Part shown: positions 1 through 6,521 of the stretch, one piece after another
Numbering within the stretch: the first letter of the stretch is position 1
Layout of the letters: each line of letters starts with the position of its first letter
Made by a program: the position numbers and the translations under genes
The notes under the pieces: model-generated
The model's database searches: none
The model's input: only the letters and a program-made list of their open reading frames with translations
What the model was told of the DNA's origin: nothing
DNA from: Candidatus Heimdallarchaeota archaeon
GTDB lineage: Archaea; Asgardarchaeota; Heimdallarchaeia; Heimdallarchaeales; Heimdallarchaeaceae
Assembly (NCBI GenBank): GCA_030668875.1
Contig: DAOVER010000064.1
Location: 1-14,514 of the forward strand
Direction: 5' to 3'
Length of the DNA: 14,514 nt

Positions 1-255
1 GAGGTAGGGATAAAAGTCATCTTGACGGAAGAAGATTATACCTCCAAATGTTCATTTCTAGATAACGAGGTGATCAAAAAACATCCCAATTATCTGGGAA
101 GAAGATTGAAAAGAGGTTTATTCAGAAGCAAAACCGGTATCCTGCTTAACGCTGATTGCAACTCAGCTGGCAATATCGGTAGAAAAGTATTCCCGCTGGT
201 CTTCACCTACGGGACAGTGGATGCCGTGAGTCATCTTCACTGTTGGACTGTTTAG
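1..255 (+). mobile_element. tnpB: 3' end of an IS200/IS605- or IS607-associated TnpB RNA-guided nuclease gene, truncated at the left window edge
   Basis: Frame 1 is open from base 1: EVGIKVILTEEDYTSKCSFLDNE...YLGRRLKRGLFRSKTGILLNADCNSAGNIGRK. The E-x-YTSK, G-x-R-x-x-RGLF and NADxNxAxNI (RuvC-III Asp) motifs are typical of TnpB C-termini. Confidence 0.9.
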
Positions 256-312
256 AGTAATCGATGCAGAGATGATAACAGTTAAAGAACTTAGATGTTC
301 GGTAACGTTCAG
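214..312 (+). ncRNA. Candidate TnpB omegaRNA (reRNA) scaffold and transposon right end
   Basis: Hairpin ACAGTG-GATG (214-223) pairs with CATC-tt-CACTGT (232-243) and overlaps the tnpB 3' end. A small hairpin GAAC-ttagat-GTTC lies at 287-300. TnpB omegaRNAs are known to overlap the gene 3' end and the right end. Boundaries are uncertain. Confidence 0.45.
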
Positions 313-392
313 AAAGGTCACTCATGAATAATATCCAAGAAAGGAGTAAAATAGACATTATCTTTTTATTGTAATAACCTTTAAAGTAAACA

Positions 393-917
393 ATGTTGAT
401 TAGAGAAGCAACAACAGCTGATGCAGCTGGAATCGCCCATGTTAAGGTAAATTCATGGAAAACAACCTATAAAGGTCTATTTCCAGATGAAGTTCTAGAT
501 AATCTGTTAATTGAAGAAGAAACCGCAAGATGGGCTAGAAATCTTGATAGTATCTCAAAAACCTATACAAGCTTAGCTCTTGTTGCAGAAACTGATGACA
601 AGGAAATTGTAGGCATCGCTGCGGGAAGAAAAAATGATGACAGAATTTATCATTATGATTGTAACTTAAGCATAATCTATATTCTGAAGGAGTTTCAGAG
701 AAAGAAATTGGGGAAAAGATTAACTGAACAGATTGTAGATTTCTTCATTGAAAAGCGTTTTAAATCAATGATAGTCTGGATTTTGAAAGGAAATCCTAGT
801 TGCTTATTTTATGAAAAATTAGGTGGAATACCAAAAGAAACACAACGAGTTGAGAGATGGGGCATTGTATACGAAGAGATAGGTTATACGTGGGAAGACA
901 TAACAAAGATTTTCTGA
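393..917 (+). CDS. GNAT family N-acetyltransferase
   Basis: N-terminus IREAT.ADA.GIA.V.V.SWKTTYKG; motif A IYILKEFQRKKLGKRL; motif B VWILKGNPSCLFYEKLGG. Confidence 0.92.
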   Translation: MLIREATTADAAGIAHVKVNSWKTTYKGLFPDEVLDNLLIEEETARWARNLDSISKTYTSLALVAETDDKEIVGIAAGRKNDDRIYHYDCNLSIIYILKEFQRKKLGKRLTEQIVDFFIEKRFKSMIVWILKGNPSCLFYEKLGGIPKETQRVERWGIVYEEIGYTWEDITKIF

Positions 918-930
918 AACGTTTCTTTAA

Positions 931-1131
931 CTATTTTTTTCGATAGAGAATGTATTTGACAGGAACAATATGTCCTTTATTATAATGGTCTAATACTGCA
1001 TCTAATTCCTTCAGAAGATAATGATCGTTTATGCAGAATAAAGCAGCTGTTTCTGAGATGTCAAACCAAGTGTCTCCATCTACACTACACTCGGCAATTT
1101 CATGTTGTTCAGTAAAAAGTTCGCTCATCAT
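931..1131 (-). CDS. Small hypothetical protein (65-66 aa)
   Basis: ATG-initiated ORF that fills the gap between the GNAT and gelsolin genes and has protein-like composition. No family confidently recognised. Confidence 0.5.
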   Translation of the reverse strand: MMSELFTEQHEIAECSVDGDTWFDISETAALFCINDHYLLKELDAVLDHYNKGHIVPVKYILYRKK

Positions 1132-1235
1132 TTCATAAGATATGAAGACTTTTTCATATAAAAACTGAGAAAATATTTTGGTTTAAATAACCTAATGAAA
1201 CTGTGTTTTTTTCTTATTTAGGGTGGACAGTGTAG

Positions 1236-1250
1236 AAGAAGAGAAAAAAA
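1236..1250 (-). terminator. Possible archaeal oligo-T terminator after the gelsolin gene
   Basis: A T7 run (1244-1250) and a pyrimidine tract follow the TGA stop immediately on the minus strand. Confidence 0.35.
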
Positions 1251-1943
1251 TCATTTTTTCCAGAACTGCCACCTTTTTTTAGCTGAAGATCCTTTTTTAT
1301 CTTCTACTCTGCTAACTGTTTTCCTTAATTCTAGAATACCATCCCTTAGTCCCAATTTATAGATAAGCTCGCGAAAACCATCAGGTTCATTTTCTTCTTC
1401 AATCACATAAATGATTGGAAATCTTTTTCTCTTTACTTCTAGCTGTCTAGTGATTCTGCCGGCTTCATACTTCTCCTTAACTTGACTATCTTTACCAATC
1501 CAAACATAAAGTATGTTATAAGCATCCAGAACAAAAGCATCATCTGATTGAAAGCGTTTGTGTTCAATAGGAAGTTCAGAAACTATTATCTCTCCTTCAT
1601 CATTCTCCTTAATCTGAAGCAATCTGAAATCTTTCTCGTACTTTGTGTCAATTGATTTGAGAAATCCTAAAGTATCTCCTTCAACAACTTCAAAATCAAT
1701 CTGTTCATTAAACTCTACAGGTTCTAAACCTTGATTGATAGTTTCAATTTTCAGTTCATTGTTTTGAATTTCAATCTTCTTTGCTCCCCAAGAACCTATA
1801 AATTTCTCATCAGCAAAAGATTTGGAACCTAACCATATCCAGAGAATGCTTTCTGTTTCAATAACATAAACGTCACCATTAAGAAACTGATACGGTTCCG
1901 TGATTGGAATCAGTTCATTTCCTACAATATGAAATACATTCAT
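1251..1943 (-). CDS. Two-domain gelsolin-family protein (Asgard 2DGel-like actin regulator); probable start ATG 1943, ORF open from 2015
   Basis: Two gelsolin repeats: FLNGDVYVIETESILWIWLGSKSFADEK and FQSDDAFVLDAYNILYVWIGKDSQVKEK...EENEPDGF. The C-terminal tail contains LRKT and KKRWQFWKK. Confidence 0.9.
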   Translation of the reverse strand: MNVFHIVGNELIPITEPYQFLNGDVYVIETESILWIWLGSKSFADEKFIGSWGAKKIEIQNNELKIETINQGLEPVEFNEQIDFEVVEGDTLGFLKSIDTKYEKDFRLLQIKENDEGEIIVSELPIEHKRFQSDDAFVLDAYNILYVWIGKDSQVKEKYEAGRITRQLEVKRKRFPIIYVIEEENEPDGFRELIYKLGLRDGILELRKTVSRVEDKKGSSAKKRWQFWKK

Positions 1944-2090
1944 AGATAGTAAAAGTAATCCTTTGTTAAAACAGTTTTCCCAATAGTCCCTCGTGTTTGG
2001 GTTGATAGTTTGCAAAGTCTTTTATATTTCCATTAGGTGTTCAGATATTGTAAATATATAGTGAATTATTTCATTATATTTCAAGCATTA

Positions 2091-2624
2091 ATGGTGATAA
2101 AAATTAGAAAACAAAGAATTATAAAAGACTATGAAGCTCTGAGAAAATTACATAAAGAAGGAATCGTTGCGCAAGTAAAAACATTCCCTAAAGGTAAGAA
2201 ATCCATGGATCATCTAGCTGTTGGGTTCACTGCTCCTAAGGGGACCCCTTATGCTGGAGGTAAATATAAATTAGAGATTTTCTTTGGTCCAAATTATCCT
2301 TACAAACCTCCCTTTGTAAGACTTCACACACCTATTTGGCATCCTAATTTCTGGCCTAATCCAAAAGAATATCCAAAGAAGAGAAATATTTGTCTTGCTC
2401 TTGTAGATAATGATTTGGTTGGTAAACACGATGGTTGGTCTCCATCTAAAAGTATCACTACTGTCATTCACTCAATTCTTGCTATGTTTAACGTTGAAGG
2501 AGCGTACGTAAATCCTAAGGATGTATTTAACAAAGAAGCTGCTTTGGAATTTTTAAATAATAAAAAGAAATTCATTAAAAAAGCAAATACAATCAATAAG
2601 AAGTATGCAAAATCGTATTGGTAA
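2091..2624 (+). CDS. Ubiquitin-conjugating enzyme E2 (UBC fold); probable start ATG 2091
   Basis: Helix 1 RKQRIIKDY; PKGTPYAGGKYKLEIFFGPNYPYKPPFVRLHTPIWHPN; catalytic Cys in NICL (TGT 2391-2393); WSPSKSITTVIHSI; N.EAA...NKKKF. Confidence 0.95.
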   Translation: MVIKIRKQRIIKDYEALRKLHKEGIVAQVKTFPKGKKSMDHLAVGFTAPKGTPYAGGKYKLEIFFGPNYPYKPPFVRLHTPIWHPNFWPNPKEYPKKRNICLALVDNDLVGKHDGWSPSKSITTVIHSILAMFNVEGAYVNPKDVFNKEAALEFLNNKKKFIKKANTINKKYAKSYW

Positions 2625-3379
2625 TACTAGAATTAGATCTATCTGATGTGAAAATTATGGAAGATGAAGATAACAATTATCCTGTTGAATATAAAAAACT
2701 CCTTGAGAAAATCGAAGCAATTGAAAAAACTCTAGAATTGTTTAAAGTTGATGAAATTGTTGAGGATGTTGAAAAGGAAATTAAAGAAATTAGTGAGGAA
2801 ACCATTTCTGAAGATATTCTTCAGATCAAACCTATTTCAGAGATTGTAATAAAACCTAAAGCTTATCTAAAACTTGCAAAACATGCCTTAACCTATGCAA
2901 ATGATGCAATCCCTAAGAAGAAATGGGTTGAAGTAATAGGATTGCTTACAGGAAATATTAGGGGAGAAGAAACACCATTAGAACAAGTTGTTGTCGAGGA
3001 CTATTGGCCTGTAGATCAGGGTGATGCTGTGAGTGTAGAAATTGTTGATCAAAATATATTTACAGAAATCTTCCATAAAAAGAGAAACGAGCATTTTATA
3101 ATCGGTTGGGCTCATTCCCATCCAAGCTATACACCATTTCTGAGTGGTGATGATTATAGTACACATCTAAGATATCAAACATTTTGGAATAAATCTATAG
3201 CTCTTGTAATAGATCCTTTGATGCTCTCCCCAAAGGATTATGGAATTGGTGTATTTCGCATACATCAAGATAAACAAAAATATTACCAACTATCTGTTGA
3301 AGTTGAAGGAATGAGTAGTGAAGCGTGTTATGAGTCCATAAACACTTTTATGAAAAATCAAACCGATAATTCTAACTAG
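2618..3379 (+). CDS. JAMM/MPN+ metalloprotease (Rpn11/CSN5-like) with an acidic N-terminal coiled-coil extension; start is TTG 2618 or ATG 2657
   Basis: AYLKLAKHA...EVIGLLTG (Glu at 2930). Complete H-x-H-x7-S-x2-D motif in GWAHSHPSYTPFLSGDD (3113-3154), followed by IALVIDP. Confidence 0.93.
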   Translation: MVILELDLSDVKIMEDEDNNYPVEYKKLLEKIEAIEKTLELFKVDEIVEDVEKEIKEISEETISEDILQIKPISEIVIKPKAYLKLAKHALTYANDAIPKKKWVEVIGLLTGNIRGEETPLEQVVVEDYWPVDQGDAVSVEIVDQNIFTEIFHKKRNEHFIIGWAHSHPSYTPFLSGDDYSTHLRYQTFWNKSIALVIDPLMLSPKDYGIGVFRIHQDKQKYYQLSVEVEGMSSEACYESINTFMKNQTDNSN

Positions 3380-3402
3380 AAAATATACGAGTTGTATTTT
3401 AA

Positions 3403-4515
3403 TTGGATTTAAATGATTTCAAAACCTATCTGGCAATCGGGATTGTTGGTTTAGTTGTTGGAATACTTTATCTAATTCTCCAAGATGATTTATCTAAAAC
3501 GTTAACTATTTTCTTCATAGCTCTGTACATTATTGTTTCATTAAGATATATTTTGGAAAGGAGACACTATAAGAAACACAAAGCGATTCTTGCTAGTACT
3601 CAATTCTTGCTCCTCCCTTTTAGCATTGTTTTGATGGGCAACTATATCTCTCCTCTAGTATACGGTTTGTTCACAATAACTATTGACATTTCTGGTGGAA
3701 ATACGATACAGATGTTCTTCAATTTTGTTTCTCTGTCTCTTATTATCCCAGTTATAATTTTAACTTTTCACTTTAATAATTACTACTCAAGAAAATGGCC
3801 AGCAATAGCTATTAGAAGAAAAGTGAAGAGAAGAAGAAGTATTCCTTTAATAATTCATAGTGTTTTCATTTTCACAATTCTATTAGGATTTTTTATAAAC
3901 GGGCAAATTGATCTAGTTAGTCTTATTTTCGCAATTATATTCTTGATTTTTATTTTTAGATATTTCATATTTGTTAGATTGATAAAATCAGAAAGACGTA
4001 CAGTAATAATGTCTAGTAGTTCTCCTAGCAGACAATCTACTAGGGCAAGAACTTCATCAACAACAAGTCGAAGGTCTTCTTCTCAAACTTCCAGGAGCAG
4101 ACAAATATCCTCTTCAACAAGAACTAGAACAGTTCAGTCAGCTTCTAGAGCTAAAAGAAGTAGTGCTAGGATTGATTCTGGTATTGAAATAACAAACAGA
4201 AAGAAAACTAAGAAACCCACAAAAACCATTAAGACTAAAACTACAGTTCGTGATTTCTTCCCAAATGGTAAGGCAAGTAAAGAAGAAGTGAAATGCATTA
4301 TTTGTTTTATGGATTTTGAGAAGAAGGATACAAGAAAAGTAATCCTCTGCCCTCATTGTAAGTATCCAGCTCATGAAGATGAATTTAGAAGTTGGTACCA
4401 AAATTCAAAATTCTGTGCAAGATGTAATAAGCCAATTTCAGCCTCATATGTAAGAAACCCTAAATACAGAATCACAACAAAAATCTATATTGAAAAAGTA
4501 ATTGACAAATTATAA
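3403..4515 (+). CDS. Polytopic membrane protein with a Ser/Arg-rich linker and a C-terminal RING-like zinc finger (putative membrane E3 ligase)
   Basis: About 5-6 hydrophobic segments in aa 1-192 (judged by eye), then a low-complexity S/R/T linker, then C-x2-C-x14-C-x2-C-x4-H-x2-E-x3-W-x6-C-x2-C (4294-4425). It lies in an operon with the E2 and JAMM genes. TTG start. Confidence 0.85.
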   Translation: MDLNDFKTYLAIGIVGLVVGILYLILQDDLSKTLTIFFIALYIIVSLRYILERRHYKKHKAILASTQFLLLPFSIVLMGNYISPLVYGLFTITIDISGGNTIQMFFNFVSLSLIIPVIILTFHFNNYYSRKWPAIAIRRKVKRRRSIPLIIHSVFIFTILLGFFINGQIDLVSLIFAIIFLIFIFRYFIFVRLIKSERRTVIMSSSSPSRQSTRARTSSTTSRRSSSQTSRSRQISSSTRTRTVQSASRAKRSSARIDSGIEITNRKKTKKPTKTIKTKTTVRDFFPNGKASKEEVKCIICFMDFEKKDTRKVILCPHCKYPAHEDEFRSWYQNSKFCARCNKPISASYVRNPKYRITTKIYIEKVIDKL

Positions 4516-4597
4516 AAAGCATTAAGTCTTATTATGTCAAGAGTGCAGAAAACCAACTATTAAATATGTCTCACTTAAAATACACTAAGGTCTGAAA

Positions 4598-5176
4598 ATG
4601 GGTACTTTGGCACATATAACTGGATCATTCATAACATCGTTATCCTTAGTCGGTGTTTCTATATACTACTTTATCGAAGGAAATGTTGACTTAGGCAAAT
4701 TTTTCATTTTCTTATCCATATATGTCTTTATTACCTTATTTTACATAATTCGAAGTTTATTCTATTTAAAACATAAAGCCACTTTCAACGAATTCATTTA
4801 TGTTTTTATTTTACCAATTGTTCCCGTTTTAATATTGCTGGCTCAAATGCTCTTTGATGTAAATCACTTTGGTACAGTTACTATTAGCGGATTTCCTGAT
4901 GAAAGTTTCAGGGAGGTCAATGCTGTTGATTTTCTTCTATTACCTTATTATCTATATAGTACATTTTTACTCTTTAGAACCTTCATTAGATATCCATTCA
5001 TTAGATTTAGAAGTACAAGCGAAAAAGGGATGAATCCTAAATTTGCCGGTGTTTTACTAATGTTAATTATCCCCGTCATCTATATTGTTACATCAGTAAC
5101 ATCTTTCGAAAATTTCTTCCTACTAATTTCTGGAATAATTTATCTCTACTCAGCCATTATGGCTATATTTGTATGA
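4598..5176 (+). CDS. Polytopic membrane protein, RING-less paralog of the upstream E3 membrane domain
   Basis: About 6 hydrophobic segments. Colinear matches with the 3403 protein: DLSK/DLGK, Y..KHKA, LP, TI.ISG/TVTISG, P.I..R and terminal IFV. Confidence 0.8.
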   Translation: MGTLAHITGSFITSLSLVGVSIYYFIEGNVDLGKFFIFLSIYVFITLFYIIRSLFYLKHKATFNEFIYVFILPIVPVLILLAQMLFDVNHFGTVTISGFPDESFREVNAVDFLLLPYYLYSTFLLFRTFIRYPFIRFRSTSEKGMNPKFAGVLLMLIIPVIYIVTSVTSFENFFLLISGIIYLYSAIMAIFV

Positions 5177-5194
5177 GTAATGTTTAACATCTTC

Positions 5195-5854
5195 TTAACT
5201 TCTTTTTTGCCTTGGTTTCTTGGTTTGTTTAGGATACTTTTGGCTTGGAACTTTATGTTTAGGTATCTTTTGTTTAGGTATTTTATCCTTTTTTACTTCC
5301 TCTATCTTTGATGTTGCAGGAGCTTCTTTTGTTTTCTTTTCTCTTCTTTCTTCTTTTGGTAATGAACGAGAATATGCTTCTGTAATCTCTTTGAATTTCT
5401 CTCGATCATCAGAAGGAGGTGTTTCTTCTCTCTTTTTCTTCTCTTCTTTCTTTAGTGCTTTAGAATCTATAGAGTCTATTTCTTTATATTTCTCTCTTCT
5501 AGGTGGAAGAGACTCCCTTTTCTTTGGTTTAGATTTTTCTTCTTGTGGAATGTAATTAGGTGATTTTGTACTTGAGAAAGTGTCTTGTTTAGGGATTTTA
5601 TCTTTAGGTATCTTTTGTTTTGGAATCCCTTTATTTCTTCCTGATTCTCGACTGTCTCTAAACTGTGATCTTACAGGTTTTGTTTCTGTTTTTCGAGCTT
5701 TTCTTTTTTCAGGAGGAAAAAAATCTTCATCTTTAATCTGCTGTTTAGGGATTTTATCTTTAGGTAATTTGTGCTTTGGGATTTTCGAATCGTATGGAAA
5801 TTTTTGCTTGGGAATTTTGTTTGAAATGCTTTTTTTTCTGTTTCTTTTACCCAT
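5195..5854 (-). CDS. Lys/Glu/Pro-rich, probably disordered protein with K-(hydrophobic)-P-K-x pentapeptide repeats
   Basis: 219-aa ORF starting at ATG, with an upstream AGGTG Shine-Dalgarno-like motif. About 12 KIPKQ-like units occur in three clusters. Confidence 0.75.
   Translation of the reverse strand: MGKRNRKKSISNKIPKQKFPYDSKIPKHKLPKDKIPKQQIKDEDFFPPEKRKARKTETKPVRSQFRDSRESGRNKGIPKQKIPKDKIPKQDTFSSTKSPNYIPQEEKSKPKKRESLPPRREKYKEIDSIDSKALKKEEKKKREETPPSDDREKFKEITEAYSRSLPKEERREKKTKEAPATSKIEEVKKDKIPKQKIPKHKVPSQKYPKQTKKPRQKRS
5586..5766. repeat. Exact 25-bp direct repeat TGTTTAGGGATTTTATCTTTAGGTA (5586-5610 and 5742-5766); degenerate copies near 5222-5290
   Basis: Read directly from the sequence. 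It encodes PKDKIPKQ in the minus-strand protein. Confidence 0.9.
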
Positions 5855-6109
5855 GTGTAAGTCACACCTATTCTAGCCTTTCATGTTTTTCATGATTTTT
5901 GAACGTTTTCAATTTTCATCCTTGTAATTAACATAAGTTACTTGGTTTGAAAACTTATCTAAACCCCAAATTAGTGATAATTATATTTTTGATAAAGATT
6001 TTAGGTTTATTTAAGTTTTTAAATAAGAATAGTTATGTTAAACTATAGGTAATTTTTTAATAAATATGTTGGACTATATTATTTGTATACTAACAAAGGA
6101 TTGAAAAAA

Positions 6110-6469
6110 ATGAGCGAAGAATTTGAAGAAATTTCTTTTGACGAAGAAAAAGAAGAAGAAGAGGTTGTAGAAACCGAAATCAAATCTAAAACTCCTGACA
6201 AGACTAAAACTCCTGCAGGTAAGAAAATAAGTGTATATTTCCAAAGCACAATTGGACCAAGTCCAAAACAAGAAAAACTTGTTGTAGCAACTGATGCTCC
6301 TATTAGTGATATAAAATATACAGTTAGTCAGATCTTTGGGTTACCACCTGATGAATTCCATCTATCTCATGCTGGAAGAACATGTGACAATGACGATGTT
6401 CTTGAAGATTATGGGGTTGAAGATGGAGATACAGTTCTACTGATTCCAGTTTCAACAGCAGGTTGTTAA
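6110..6469 (+). CDS. Ubiquitin-like modifier precursor with an acidic N-terminal extension, ending ...STAG-C; probable start ATG 6110
   Basis: Ungapped manual alignment to ubiquitin residues 23-76: ISDIKYTVSQIFGLPPDEFHLSHAGRTCDNDDVLEDYGVEDGDTVLLIPVSTAG versus [54 protein letters not shown]. Lies next to the E1 gene. Confidence 0.92.
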   Translation: MSEEFEEISFDEEKEEEEVVETEIKSKTPDKTKTPAGKKISVYFQSTIGPSPKQEKLVVATDAPISDIKYTVSQIFGLPPDEFHLSHAGRTCDNDDVLEDYGVEDGDTVLLIPVSTAGC

Positions 6470-6494
6470 TACGAAGTTTAATACTTATAAATTA

Positions 6495-6521
6495 AGACTC
6501 AAATTGAGTCTCTTTATTTTT
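6495..6521 (+). terminator. Inverted repeat followed by a T-tract between the Ubl and E1 genes (terminator/attenuator or protein-binding site)
   Basis: AGACTCAA-A-TTGAGTCT is a perfect inverted repeat (6495-6511), followed by CTTTATTTTT. Confidence 0.45.

Noticed and set aside
1944-2090. Extended N-termini given by the ORF track for gelsolin (from 2015) and E2 (from 2037)
   Set aside because: They use TTG/GTG starts, add no domain sequence and would leave only about 20 bp for two divergent promoters. The ATGs at 1943 and 2091 fit the domain starts.
2271-2471. 66-aa minus-strand ORF
   Set aside because: Antisense shadow inside the E2 gene; no motif.
2978-3166. 62-aa minus-strand ORF
   Set aside because: Antisense to the JAMM catalytic region.
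4138-4401. 87-aa minus-strand ORF
   Set aside because: Antisense to the RING E3; Phe/Ser/Cys bias mirrors the Lys/Arg-rich sense strand.
5222-5770. Repeats considered as a possible CRISPR array
   Set aside because: The repeats are irregularly spaced, codon-phased and lie within a CDS, with no unique spacers of uniform length and no cas genes.
5220-5876. Plus-strand ORFs 5220-5555 and 5580-5876 with CLGIL repeats, and minus-strand ORF 5671-5865
   Set aside because: These are shadows of the KIPKQ-repeat gene; the CLGIL repeats are the reverse complement of its codons. Only 5195-5854 has an ATG with an SD-like motif and spans the whole interval.
6074-6271. 65-aa minus-strand ORF
   Set aside because: Antisense to the Ubl acidic tail.
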